Virus record (IMG/VR): IMGVR_UViG_3300037424_002033
Location: 1-56,226 of that record
Direction: 5' to 3' (one strand)
Origin: a virus
Taxonomy: Duplodnaviria; Caudoviricetes
Length of the DNA: 56,226 nt
In this document: piece by piece, positions 31,899 to 41,526 of the stretch
Layout of the letters: each line of letters starts with the position of its first letter
Position numbering within the stretch: position 1 is the first letter of the stretch
Notes under the pieces: generated by a model
Told to the model about the DNA's origin: nothing
Database searches by the model: none
The model's input: the letters and a program-made list of their open reading frames with translations, nothing else
Position numbers and translations under genes: made by a program

Positions 31899-33017
31899 CT
31901 ACGCCGCCTTGCCGACGAGCCACGAGCCACCGATCTCGCGGAGGTCGTGCGCCTCGTCGCCCGGCAGCGCGGTGTCGTTGGCGAGGAGCGAGAGCACGTT
32001 CGCGAACCGCCACGCGCCGGGCATCTCGGGGAGGCTCTCGACCGGCTGCGCCGTCTCGTAGAGCGCCTTGACCTTCTCGACCGTCGCCTTGCGCAGCCCG
32101 GCCTTCGAGAGCTTGGCGAGCGCGGAGGTGAGGTTGACCTCTTTGCCGGCGATCTCGCGCAGCGTCGAGGTGGTCGCCTCGATGTGCGCCGGGAGGGCCT
32201 TCATGACGTCGGTCATCGACGAGCGGAGCGTCGCGGAGTCGAGCGCCAGCGTCTTCGCGGAGAGCTTCACGACCTCGCCGCCCTCGAACGAGTCGAACCG
32301 CTTGCCGAGATGGATCTTGCGGAACATCGACTGCCCGATCATCCCGTTCTGACAGAGGAGCCGCCAGACGCCGAGCGCCATGTCGAGCGCGCCGTTGCCG
32401 TAGTCGGAGTTCCGCAGTTCGAGCGCGAAGACGACGTGCTCGTTCGGGAGAAGCTCGACGACGGCGGGCTGAAGGAAGGAGACGAACGCGCGGGTCTCGG
32501 TGACGAGCCCATCGTGCGGCACGAGGCCCTGGCGGAGCGCCGTCCCGACGAACTGCTCGAACATCGGCGAGGCGTCCATCCGACGGTAGGCCGGCGAGAG
32601 GATGCCCTTCGCGGTGCCATCGACCTCACGAACGAGGATCCCGCCCGGCGAGGTCCGCGCGAGGAGCGTGCGCAGATTCGAGCGGAGGAGATCGGTGAGG
32701 TTGTGCTCGCCGAGCGTGTCGGCGAAGGCGGTCGGGATCTTCGCCATCGAGAGCAGTTGCCCACGGGCGTGGTGGGTGAGGTCGTAGCTGCCGGAGCCGT
32801 CCACGGCGAGGCGCATCGCGCCGGTGTACGGCGCGCCATCCTCGCCGGTGATCTGCCGGAACTCCACGTCGATCGCGGCCGGCTTCGCCATGAAGTCGTG
32901 GCGGAGCCTCCACTCCCGGGCGAGCGACTCCATCCCGCGCGTCGCCCGATCCTTGCCAGCCGCCACCATCATCTCGAACTTCGCCTGCGCCGTCGCTGCC
33001 GTCGTGGTCATCGTCAT
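31899..33017 (-). CDS. DUF932-like phage/plasmid protein
   Basis: GILS..Y..MD; NSDYG.GAL...RL.C.NG...RK.H.G. Confidence 0.75.
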   Translation of the reverse strand: MTMTTTAATAQAKFEMMVAAGKDRATRGMESLAREWRLRHDFMAKPAAIDVEFRQITGEDGAPYTGAMRLAVDGSGSYDLTHHARGQLLSMAKIPTAFADTLGEHNLTDLLRSNLRTLLARTSPGGILVREVDGTAKGILSPAYRRMDASPMFEQFVGTALRQGLVPHDGLVTETRAFVSFLQPAVVELLPNEHVVFALELRNSDYGNGALDMALGVWRLLCQNGMIGQSMFRKIHLGKRFDSFEGGEVVKLSAKTLALDSATLRSSMTDVMKALPAHIEATTSTLREIAGKEVNLTSALAKLSKAGLRKATVEKVKALYETAQPVESLPEMPGAWRFANVLSLLANDTALPGDEAHDLREIGGSWLVGKAA

Positions 33018-33150
33018 GTGGTGCCATCCTTTCGTTCCGGCGGGCCCCGTCGCCCGCCGTCCCCTTCCGAGGTAAAGGCACCCTACTACTACAGCCCGCG
33101 CTAGCGCAAGGGGTAACAGTAGCCCCCGATTTGCTAGGGCTTTTCGGCGA

Positions 33151-35037
33151 TCAGTCGTCCCACAACGACGGATCGAACCCCGGGGGATGAACCGGCCTCG
33201 CCGGCTCGGGCTGCGCCACGGGCGCCTCCATGAGCGCCGCCACGCTCAACGCCGGCTGAGTGATCGAGTCGCCGCGAAGCTCGGGATCGTCCGTCTCCTC
33301 GGCAGCGATCACCTCATTCAGCCTCGCCACCTCGGCCGCGCGGCGCTCGGCTTCTTCTTGCGCGCGCGCCGGATTCCTAGGGCGGCCCGGCCGGCGCTTC
33401 ACCGGCACCTCCGGCGGCGCGGCCGGCGCGGCGGTGCCGACCGTAGCCCCCACCCCCGAGGTGCGAATCACCGTCCAGCCCGAGGGGATCTCGGCGGGAT
33501 CGATCGGCGAGGTCACGATCACCTGCCCGTCGAAGCGGCTGAAGGCGTGCAGCGCCGCGGAGAGCGTGACGGGATCGAAGGCGCGCTCCTCCGGCACGAT
33601 GATCGACGGCACGTCGCCCACGACCGCGCTCGCGATGGCGCACGTCACCATCGCCCACTCGGCGCCGGAGAGCGCGGAGCGGAGCGTGGACACCAGCGCG
33701 CCGTCGGCGCCGGAGGGAACGTTGACGCGAAGCCCGAAGCGGGCCACCTCGCGATCCCCATCGGTGAGGTCGAGCCCGAAGACGAGCCCGACGGGGAGAC
33801 CGAGGGTGACGAGCTTCTCGAACTCGACGCGGGCACGCTCGACGAGCACGCCGATCGCATGTGAAACTTCGTCGGCGATCTTCGCCCACGTCGCGGCTGT
33901 CTTCTCTGCCTCGTCGGCTTCGCCGGTCATCCGCTTCACGTCGTCCCACCGGGTGTCGGGCTCGACGGTGGCGGCGACCGTCCGCATCCCCATGATCGCC
34001 TGCAAGCGGATGGCGATCTCGCGCTCGACCTCGCGGTGCGTGGAGATGGCCACGGCCATCGCCGACTCCGCCTTCGTCCTGGCCGCTACGGCTTGCATCG
34101 TCACCGTCATGTGCCGCTCGATGGCGGTGAGCCGATCCGTGTACGTGTCGGCCGGGTTCTCCCGGGAGCACATGACGCACCGTACAGCCTTGGCGGCGAT
34201 CTGCCCGCGGAGCACGGTGAGGAGCGCGGCGCCAGTAGCAGAGAAGTCCGCCGCGGGCGGGGGCGGCAGGGCGGTCACGACCACCTGCGCGGCCACCACG
34301 GCAGCCTTGGCGGTGACGAGGCGGGCCTTCGCGGCGGCGAGGGCCTCCTCCTGCTCGGCGAGCTTCAGAGCGACCTCGTCCACGACCTCCGCGGCAGCCG
34401 GCGGCGGCAGCGCAGCGGCGGCTCCGCGGGCTCGCTCGCGGAGCATCTCGGCGTTCCGGGTAGCCTCGCGGCCCTGCGCCTTGGCGACTTCGAGCGCCTT
34501 GGGCAGCCCAGCGATCGAGCCGCTGGCGAGCGCCTTCACCTGAGCGATCACGGCCACGGCGATGAGGGCCTCGGCCGCGGACCACTCCGCCGTCACGATC
34601 GTGTCGAGGAGCCACTTGCGGGCCTTCTCCGGCCCAGCGGCGAGGTTCTCGCGCACGGCGCGCAGCGGAAAGGCGATCCCCGCGATGCTGCCGTCCACTA
34701 GGGCGCCTGCGTAGCCCGAGCCGTCCGCCCGGTGGATCGCCCGCTGAGCACGCTTGCCCTTTGCCAGCATCCATTGCGCTTTCACCCCATCAGAGAGCGT
34801 CACCTGCGCGAACGCTGACTCGCACAGCGGCGGCGCCAGCGTCCACAACTCGTGGTCGGCGGCGAGCGTGGCCCTGCCGGCGACGTCGGAGACGCGCCCG
34901 GAGAGCGCCGCCTCGATGGCGTTCACGATCGTGCTCTTGCCGGATCGGTTCACGCCGACGATCAGGGTCTTCAGCCCGATCTCGACGTTGCACCCGGACT
35001 TCAGATTCGTCTCCACCTTCTTCACGTAGATGCTCAT
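33151..35037 (-). CDS. Rad50/SbcC-like ATPase
   Basis: Walker A GVNRSGKS; central coiled coil with CVMC hook; signature LSGAE; degenerate Walker B (IIVPEE). Confidence 0.8.
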   Translation of the reverse strand: MSIYVKKVETNLKSGCNVEIGLKTLIVGVNRSGKSTIVNAIEAALSGRVSDVAGRATLAADHELWTLAPPLCESAFAQVTLSDGVKAQWMLAKGKRAQRAIHRADGSGYAGALVDGSIAGIAFPLRAVRENLAAGPEKARKWLLDTIVTAEWSAAEALIAVAVIAQVKALASGSIAGLPKALEVAKAQGREATRNAEMLRERARGAAAALPPPAAAEVVDEVALKLAEQEEALAAAKARLVTAKAAVVAAQVVVTALPPPPAADFSATGAALLTVLRGQIAAKAVRCVMCSRENPADTYTDRLTAIERHMTVTMQAVAARTKAESAMAVAISTHREVEREIAIRLQAIMGMRTVAATVEPDTRWDDVKRMTGEADEAEKTAATWAKIADEVSHAIGVLVERARVEFEKLVTLGLPVGLVFGLDLTDGDREVARFGLRVNVPSGADGALVSTLRSALSGAEWAMVTCAIASAVVGDVPSIIVPEERAFDPVTLSAALHAFSRFDGQVIVTSPIDPAEIPSGWTVIRTSGVGATVGTAAPAAPPEVPVKRRPGRPRNPARAQEEAERRAAEVARLNEVIAAEETDDPELRGDSITQPALSVAALMEAPVAQPEPARPVHPPGFDPSLWDD

Positions 35038-35219
35038 TCGCCGTTCTCCCGCTTGACGTCGTCTTTCGCGGCGTCGATCGATGCCTCGAACCATGCTTCA
35101 ACTTCTTCCTGAATCTCTTCGAGCGCCGCTAGATATTCGGAAGCCGGTGCCTTCACCTTGGCGATCCCCTCGATCGCCACCATGATCTCTTTCTTCGCCC
35201 GATTGTACGCCGCGTTCAT
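35034..35219 (-). CDS. Small acidic helical protein
   Basis: Coupled ORF. Confidence 0.55.
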   Translation of the reverse strand: MNAAYNRAKKEIMVAIEGIAKVKAPASEYLAALEEIQEEVEAWFEASIDAAKDDVKRENGE

Positions 35220-35237
35220 GTGCTCCCCCTTGGAAGA

Positions 35238-35441
35238 CTAGTCACGCCAACCGTAACGCTTCGCGAACTTCTGAAGATGCCCCAGCTTCGCGGGCTGCGG
35301 AACGAGCCCGTCGAGCCACCTGTAGATCGACCGCTCGACGATCCCGCTCCGGATTGCGATCTTTCGGATCGTGAGCCCACGCACGCCAATCAAGTACGTG
35401 AGGATCTCAACGGCCACCCGCTTCCGCTCCCTGCGATTCAT
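35238..35441 (-). CDS. HTH DNA-binding protein
   Basis: GLTIRKIA..SGI..RSIYRWL.G..P. Confidence 0.7.
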   Translation of the reverse strand: MNRRERKRVAVEILTYLIGVRGLTIRKIAIRSGIVERSIYRWLDGLVPQPAKLGHLQKFAKRYGWRD

Positions 35442-35452
35442 CACCGCCCCCG

Positions 35453-35854
35453 CTAGGACACTCGCCATCCGGTCTGAACGCTCGTCGTCACCTTCGTCAC
35501 CGTGGTGATCTTGGTGAACTTGCCGGTGATGCTTCGCCAGCGGAGCACCGGCTTGCCACTCCGAAGCGCCATCACCACCATGTCGGCGGTCGCCTTGCCG
35601 ACGAACTCGGTCGGCACGACGAGGTGCGTATACCGCGGCTCCCTCGTCACCGGATGGAAGCCGGAGACGACGTCGGCGCACCACGCCTGCCATGAGCTTC
35701 CGAGCCGCGGGAAGTGCGCCTCGAAGTCGTCGCGGCCGAGCGTGAGAGTGGCGGCGATGTGACCCGCTTCGAGCGCGGCGGCGATCTCGCCGCGCAACTT
35801 CGCGAGGTACTCGTCGCCGTCGGCTTTCGCGTGCGCGATGAATACCCGGATCAT
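35453..35854 (-). CDS. TIR/NDT-like Rossmannoid protein
   Basis: RVFIAHA..D start; G.AT...V..AL..GKPV end. Confidence 0.55.
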   Translation of the reverse strand: MIRVFIAHAKADGDEYLAKLRGEIAAALEAGHIAATLTLGRDDFEAHFPRLGSSWQAWCADVVSGFHPVTREPRYTHLVVPTEFVGKATADMVVMALRSGKPVLRWRSITGKFTKITTVTKVTTSVQTGWRVS

Positions 35855-36537
35855 GACAGCTTCCCGCCGTGGCGGTGAGGGCGCGTGCGGTTGAACTCCA
35901 TCTTTCGCCGGACAGCGGCGCCGAGATCGACGTCGCAGGCGCGGGCGAGATCGAAGACGCGGATCACGATGTCCGCAAGCTCGATCGGGAAGCCGAGCGG
36001 CTTCGTTGTCGGCACTCCGTGAACCTCGTAGTAGACCGACGTGAACTCGTGGCCGTCGCGGATCTCCTCCATCGCCTCGGCGACCTCGGTGACGATGAGC
36101 ATGAGCTTCTCTTCGGCGAGGAGCCGCTCCCGCTCGACCGTGACGGTGAGCGGCAACGACACGCCGTCCCACCACCCCTTCTCCCTGGCGTCGCCGTGCG
36201 CCGTCGCGGCGAGCGCGTTCATGATCTCGTGGGGGTCGAGCGTCTTCGCCGACGCGGCGTCCAGGGCTTCGCGCAGCGTCGCTGGGCCCTCCGCGAACGT
36301 GGTCGGCTTCGACGCCGTCGTGGTAGGCGCGAAGCTGGCAACCGTCTCGTCGAACTCCGCGCGCGCGATCTCCGCGGCGGCGGCGCGGTTGCTCACCTCG
36401 AACCCCTGCGTGTCGCACCACACGAGGGCTGCGCTCCACGAGTCGAATCCCTGCCCGTGGGCGGGCGCCCCGATCCCCACGCCGATCACCACGCACATCT
36501 TACCACGCGCACCGAGAGTCACCGTCACCTTCGCCAT
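35851..36537 (-). CDS. MazG-like NTP pyrophosphohydrolase
   Basis: LIVTEVAEAMEE...ELADIVIR..D...KM..N..R..RHGGK. Confidence 0.85.
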   Translation of the reverse strand: MAKVTVTLGARGKMCVVIGVGIGAPAHGQGFDSWSAALVWCDTQGFEVSNRAAAAEIARAEFDETVASFAPTTTASKPTTFAEGPATLREALDAASAKTLDPHEIMNALAATAHGDAREKGWWDGVSLPLTVTVERERLLAEEKLMLIVTEVAEAMEEIRDGHEFTSVYYEVHGVPTTKPLGFPIELADIVIRVFDLARACDVDLGAAVRRKMEFNRTRPHRHGGKLS

Positions 36538-36539
36538 GG

Positions 36540-39500
36540 TTACACCTCTTTCCAGTTCGTGCCGATCTTCGACTCGCCTGCGAAGCGCACCGGCAGACCC
36601 CACTTCGCCCCGTCCACCGTCATCGCTTCCTCTTTCATCCGTGCAACCTTGTTCGCTCGGCAGCCGCAGCCGGGCGGGCAGTATCCGAACTCGGCGCCGT
36701 CGCCGATGTACCGCGCGTGATCCGCCGGCACCTCGCTCACCAGCGAGTCGTGCCCTTGCTGCACGAGGCGCGCGCCGTACTTCGGAAGCTCGCGCATGAT
36801 GATCTCGGTGGCGAGGTGGACAAGCGCAGAGCCGCCCGACTGCGCCTTGTAGTTGGCAATCTCGTTCGGCTCCTCGCCGTCGAGGAAGTCGCGGCGCAGC
36901 CCGAAGATCGGCTCGGCGAGGTAGTGCTGCCGGCGGAACTCGACGAGGTCAGCTTCCCACCATCGTTCGATCTCCGGGTTTCTAGCGAGCCACTTCGTGT
37001 GGAAAGCGATCGTCTCGCGCAGCGCGAGATCGGGGTAGAGCAACCTTCCCGTCTTCTTGTCTTCCGACGAGGTCAGCACCGCGTGGACCGTCTCCGCTCC
37101 GGCGCGGTACGCGGAGGCGTAAGTGAATTCCTTCACGAACCGGCGCAGATCCTTCCGTCCATCCTTGCTTGCCTGCTCGAACTCGTTGCCGAAGAAGTCG
37201 TGGCAGAGAACGAGATGCGGATCGGTGCCGGCGTTGAAGGCGTCGAGGTAGACGCGCGCGCCAGAAAGCGCGGCGACCATGCGAAGCTCTAGCTGTGCCT
37301 CGTCACAGCCGACGAAGACGTATCCCTCTTCAGGGATGATCATGTCGCGGAGGTCGTCGGGGAAGTTCTGACACTGGCCGGTGACGTGGATTTCGCCACC
37401 ACGCCGCACAAGCAGGTAAGACGACGGCACCGAAATGCAGTAAACAGGCTCGTCGGCTTCCGCGATCTTCTTCTCAACGTTCGTCGTCAGCGAGTAGTCG
37501 CGATCCGTCACGTCGATCTGATAGTTCGGTCGCCCTGACTTCGGCACGTAGACTCGGAAGTGGGCACGCTGTCCGGTGAGTGCAACCGCCGCTTGGAACA
37601 CCTCGGCGTTGCGCTCGATCGACGACGAGTAGCAGTTACGCCGCGTCTCCGATCCGTCCCAGAGGTAGCACTCTGCCACGAACTCGCGGATCTGCATGCT
37701 TGTCATCGCGAAGAGCATCGGCCAGCGGAACACCTTCTCCACTCCGATCAGCACACGGATCTTCTCCGTTAACCAGCAATCACCGATGCGAATTCGAGTA
37801 GTCTCGGCTCCTCGCTTGAACGGTGTGTCTCGAATCGTCTTTGCACCACGAGAAAATGGAACGCCTAGCCGCGTGAGAGCCCCGACGAGACGGTCGATCT
37901 TTCGCGGCCGAGCGAACCCGAAGGTGATGCCACCACGATCCCACGATCCATCCGCTTGCGTGGCACACAGCACGATCATCTCGTCAGAGTCGATGCCTAG
38001 GCCCCGCCCTTCGATGTAGCGGCCAGCGTGGATCTGCTCCCAATCCGACGGGTACTCTCGGGCGGTGAATACGTGAAGCTGCCCGGTCTTCCGATGGCGA
38101 AGCACGCAGCGATGATCCGGCGTGAGTCGTAGATCGATGTGCTGATTCCGCATCGTCACCATCGCCGCCGCTGTCTCAGTGTAGTACGCAGTCGGATCCA
38201 CGAAGTGGATGGTTCCGGCACTCCACTCCGCAACCTTCACGCCGCGCTTCAACTCCCCGATCAGAACCCAGCCATCCGGCGTGAGCACCGACGTGGCCGC
38301 ATCGAAACAATTTGGCTTCGACGACGACAAGCGCCACCCGACGGTTCCGTGCGGCAAATAATCTCCATGCACGCGCCCGTCGGGGAGCACGAGCCCCGGC
38401 TTCGAGCTAGACTTCAGCCGCTTCGTGCGCTCCTCGTCGCCCTCCTCTGCATCGAACGCCATCTCGGCGTCGGTGAGCGGAGCGCCCCACGGCCGGAGCT
38501 TCACCACGTAGGTGCCGCGCTTCTTGGTGAAGACCCGGAAGCGGCGGATCGCGCGAACGATTTCTTTCTTAGGAGCGTCGAGATCGTAGCTAGGCGAGAG
38601 GAACGCGCGCAGCGTGTCGTCGCCGGTGGAGGGATCGCCCCCCTCGGTGGGATCGCCCCAGGGTTGGAGGCCCCACGTATCGAAGAAGAGATCGCGGAGT
38701 TGCAGCGGCGAGTTGGGATTCAAGGTCCGAAGCCCGGTGAGATCGCGGATCACCTTCAGCTTCTCGCGGGCGTCGCGGCGAAGCTGCACGTCCCACTCCT
38801 CGCGGCGCCGCTGATCGACGCGCATCCCGTTCGTATGAAGGTCTACGCAGACGGACTGCACGAACGGCCAGAAGTGCGCGGCTCGCTCCTGCCCCCGCGC
38901 GACGACGGCACGGGCGAGTTGCGGAACGGTGATCGCGGTGATCGCGCAGTCGCGAGCGTTATAGACTTTCATCGAGGCGTCGTCGGTGGGAGCGGCGGCG
39001 AACTCGTCTTTCCACGAGGGGGCGTCGGTGTAGATCGAGCCGGCGTAACCAAGCCGGTGCGGAAGCTCCGGCTCCGCCATCTTGTGAAGCCCGATGCCGT
39101 CGCGGTGCGGTGCCACCATGACCTTGAACCAGTGACGGATCACTTGCACGTCGTAATAACCTTCGTTCCACCCCGTCTTCAGCCACCGTGGCGATACGAA
39201 GAACGCTTTCAACACCTCGATCACCGGCTTCAGGTGGCTCGGCGGCGAGAAGATCGCGTTCCGATCGAACGAGTAGAAGGGGATCCCGACGGCGCGCTTG
39301 CCGTCCGCCGAGGCGAGCCCGACGTAGGTCAGCCGATCGTACAGCGGATCGAAATGCTCGTTGCCGGCGGCGTCGGAGAAGCCGGGGAGCGTCTCGACGT
39401 CATAGGTGATCGGCGACCGCTCCGCTTCGAGCCACGCGGTGAGTTCCGCGGCGGTCGGGTTGTAGAGAATTTCGGGCTCCGTCCAGGCGAGGCCGGAGCC

Positions 39501-40097
39501 GAACCAGCGGAAGGCCCGACCGAGGTCAGAGGTGAAGGCCCGGGTCCACCTCCGGGCGCGCAGCACGAAGGCAGGGTGCAGCGTGGGCAGCACGCGCAAG
39601 CTCCGCGCGTCTCCGAAGGGGACCTCGCGGGGACCGCCGCGGAGTTCGAGCACGGAGCCGGAGACGCCCACGGCGCCGAGCGCGGTGCCGCCCAGCGTGA
39701 TCACGTTGCCGTTGCTCTCACTCAAATCCCGGCGCAGCCGGGGCGCGCAGCACTCGACGGCCGCCTTCTGCGCCGGCTCACCGCGCTTCACCCTGGCGCG
39801 GTTCTCCTTCGCGTGCTCGGCGCGCGCCTGGGTCATGGAGAAGCCCGGCAGCGGGCACAGCACAGAGTTCGTGATCGAGACGTCGCGGCGCCGGATGCCG
39901 ACGGCGGCGAGGGCCCGCTCTAGCTCGATGCCAGAGGGGCCAACGAAGGGCACGCCGGCCTTGACCTCACCCTCGCCGGGGCCCTCGCCGACGAGGATCG
40001 CGCGAGCGCCCGGCCGAAGCTCGGGAGGAACGGGCACGCGCCCAGCGAGCGGGCACTCGGCGCAGCGCGCGCCACGCTCTCTGGGATCGTAGCTCAC
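36540..40097 (-). CDS. polA: DNA polymerase family A with N-terminal family-4 uracil-DNA glycosylase domain, 3'-5' exonuclease and an intein
   Basis: C..C.L, GEGPG..E...PFVG.SG, HPAF (UDG); DVET, YNARD (exo); DEAQLELR, K...Y...Y, HDS (polymerase motifs A, B, C). Confidence 0.93.
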   Translation of the reverse strand: MSYDPRERGARCAECPLAGRVPVPPELRPGARAILVGEGPGEGEVKAGVPFVGPSGIELERALAAVGIRRRDVSITNSVLCPLPGFSMTQARAEHAKENRARVKRGEPAQKAAVECCAPRLRRDLSESNGNVITLGGTALGAVGVSGSVLELRGGPREVPFGDARSLRVLPTLHPAFVLRARRWTRAFTSDLGRAFRWFGSGLAWTEPEILYNPTAAELTAWLEAERSPITYDVETLPGFSDAAGNEHFDPLYDRLTYVGLASADGKRAVGIPFYSFDRNAIFSPPSHLKPVIEVLKAFFVSPRWLKTGWNEGYYDVQVIRHWFKVMVAPHRDGIGLHKMAEPELPHRLGYAGSIYTDAPSWKDEFAAAPTDDASMKVYNARDCAITAITVPQLARAVVARGQERAAHFWPFVQSVCVDLHTNGMRVDQRRREEWDVQLRRDAREKLKVIRDLTGLRTLNPNSPLQLRDLFFDTWGLQPWGDPTEGGDPSTGDDTLRAFLSPSYDLDAPKKEIVRAIRRFRVFTKKRGTYVVKLRPWGAPLTDAEMAFDAEEGDEERTKRLKSSSKPGLVLPDGRVHGDYLPHGTVGWRLSSSKPNCFDAATSVLTPDGWVLIGELKRGVKVAEWSAGTIHFVDPTAYYTETAAAMVTMRNQHIDLRLTPDHRCVLRHRKTGQLHVFTAREYPSDWEQIHAGRYIEGRGLGIDSDEMIVLCATQADGSWDRGGITFGFARPRKIDRLVGALTRLGVPFSRGAKTIRDTPFKRGAETTRIRIGDCWLTEKIRVLIGVEKVFRWPMLFAMTSMQIREFVAECYLWDGSETRRNCYSSSIERNAEVFQAAVALTGQRAHFRVYVPKSGRPNYQIDVTDRDYSLTTNVEKKIAEADEPVYCISVPSSYLLVRRGGEIHVTGQCQNFPDDLRDMIIPEEGYVFVGCDEAQLELRMVAALSGARVYLDAFNAGTDPHLVLCHDFFGNEFEQASKDGRKDLRRFVKEFTYASAYRAGAETVHAVLTSSEDKKTGRLLYPDLALRETIAFHTKWLARNPEIERWWEADLVEFRRQHYLAEPIFGLRRDFLDGEEPNEIANYKAQSGGSALVHLATEIIMRELPKYGARLVQQGHDSLVSEVPADHARYIGDGAEFGYCPPGCGCRANKVARMKEEAMTVDGAKWGLPVRFAGESKIGTNWKEV
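37374..38309 (-). mobile_element. Intein (312 aa) with LAGLIDADG-like endonuclease region, inside PolA
   Basis: RLSSSKPN/CFDAATSVLT...TPDH...QADGS...WDGS...VYCISVP...HVTGQ/CQNFP; removing it restores the PN.QN motif. Confidence 0.9.
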
Positions 40098-40354
40098 TGG
40101 AACTTCTCGGGGTAGCGGCGCCGCGCGAAGGCGATCAAAATCCGCTCGATGTGGTCGGTGACGAACTCCATCGTGTCCATGATCGCGTCGCTGTCGGGCG
40201 AAGTGTCGAAATCGTGCTTCAGCTTCGCGAGCATGTCGCGGGCCCGCGCGAACTCCGCCGCGAGATCCTTCCGATCACCCTCGACTGCCTGCCCCATTTC
40301 ATAGAGTGCGTCGAGCCGCTCGATGATCTTTGCCTTGCGCTCCGCGATGGTCAT
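40094..40354 (-). CDS. Helical hypothetical protein
   Basis: Coupled ORF. Confidence 0.6.
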   Translation of the reverse strand: MTIAERKAKIIERLDALYEMGQAVEGDRKDLAAEFARARDMLAKLKHDFDTSPDSDAIMDTMEFVTDHIERILIAFARRRYPEKFQ

Positions 40355-40569
40355 GGTCTTCGCCCCCTGACGACGAACGGCTTCGCCTCCTTGCAGCCCT
40401 GTGCCCACCATTGGCGAAGGAGCCGCTCGACGTACGCTTCGGCACGTTCAACCCCCGCCGCGCAGGCATGACACGGAATTGTCGGTGCCGCTCCGTCGCA
40501 CGTCCGGCGGCTCTCGATCCACCCGTCGGCGTTCGCGCGTGCCGCATCGATCTCTGCCATCGTGATCAT
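40351..40569 (-). CDS. Small Cys-containing protein
   Basis: Coupled ORF; C...CHAC. Confidence 0.5.
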   Translation of the reverse strand: MITMAEIDAARANADGWIESRRTCDGAAPTIPCHACAAGVERAEAYVERLLRQWWAQGCKEAKPFVVRGRRP

Positions 40570-40790
40570 CGCACCCCCTTCTTCGCCCTGCGCCGCAGGA
40601 ACCGCTCGCGCCACGACACCGGCCGATCACTCCGCCCGTAAATCTGATTCTTCCGACGCCGCCCGCACTTCCGGCAGAACCCCGTCACGTTGTGGATCGA
40701 GAGCGGGTACTTGCCGCACGCCTGACAAGGATCTCCCGCCCAATTCATGCAGGCGGCCGTGGCCGCTTTCGTCTGCTCCTTCCCGTTCAT
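40566..40790 (-). CDS. Zn-ribbon protein
   Basis: CQACG...N.TG.C.KC. Confidence 0.55.
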   Translation of the reverse strand: MNGKEQTKAATAACMNWAGDPCQACGKYPLSIHNVTGFCRKCGRRRKNQIYGRSDRPVSWRERFLRRRAKKGVR

Positions 40791-41008
40791 TCGACGATCA
40801 ACCGCGCGCGGATCTCGGCGGCATTCTGCGCGCCCTCCATCGAGGCGTAGCCGACATCGGAGACTCCATTGGCGCCGATCATAAATGCCCACTTCCAAGC
40901 GGTGCCGCTCCCGACGGGATAGCGAAGCACGCGCAGACGAAGCCCGAGGAAGGTGCGGCTCCACTCCTTCAACCCGCGCGCCTTCCGCCACTTCGTTCGC
41001 CGCGTCAT
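40787..41008 (-). CDS. Hypothetical protein
   Basis: Coupled ORF. Confidence 0.5.
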   Translation of the reverse strand: MTRRTKWRKARGLKEWSRTFLGLRLRVLRYPVGSGTAWKWAFMIGANGVSDVGYASMEGAQNAAEIRARLIVE

Positions 41009-41274
41009 CGCTTGACTCCGACGTTCGGTGGACGGCCGCAGTTGCAGCGGACGCGCTGCGGCTCGACCTCGACGTCGAATGGCACCGCGGTGCCGCATTG
41101 ACTCACGCAGGCGTCGAGCCCGCGGTAGAGCCACACTTGCGCATCGATCGGCGCCGGCTCGACGAGCGCGCACGGCTCGGCTGCGAACGCGGTCTTCGTT
41201 CCACCGACGAATCCAGCGAAGAACGCGCCGGCACATCCGACCAAGATCGCGATGGTCACACCCAGCCTTGTCAT
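41005..41274 (-). CDS. Secreted Cys-rich protein
   Basis: Signal/TM segment; C...C...CNC. Confidence 0.55.
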   Translation of the reverse strand: MTRLGVTIAILVGCAGAFFAGFVGGTKTAFAAEPCALVEPAPIDAQVWLYRGLDACVSQCGTAVPFDVEVEPQRVRCNCGRPPNVGVKR

Positions 41275-41468
41275 GGCGTCTCCTTCGTGTCCGATCCGGC
41301 CGCTGCCCCAGGGGGAGACGCGCGCCCGGTGCCGTGGCAGGCGCCGCAGGTGCCGTCTGCTTCCCGGGACCCCACCCCAGCGCGGTGGAGCCAGCCCTTC
41401 CCGCCGCACGTCGGGCACCGCTCCTTCTCCGTGGGGGGCTCGGCGCTCACCGGGGGCAGCGGCGTCAC
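41271..41468 (-). CDS. DnaJ-type CxxCxGxG zinc-finger peptide
   Basis: CPTCGGKG...CGACHGTG. Confidence 0.65.
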   Translation of the reverse strand: MTPLPPVSAEPPTEKERCPTCGGKGWLHRAGVGSREADGTCGACHGTGRASPPGAAAGSDTKETP

Positions 41469-41526
41469 GGGAACCTCCGCAGGAAGCCGGCGGCGACGTA
41501 GATCGACAGCACGACGATGAACCAGA

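Noticed and set aside
33151-35037. ATPase as terminase or packaging motor
   Set aside because: ABC-type layout with coiled coil, Zn hook and signature motif indicates Rad50/SbcC, and it lies in the replication arm
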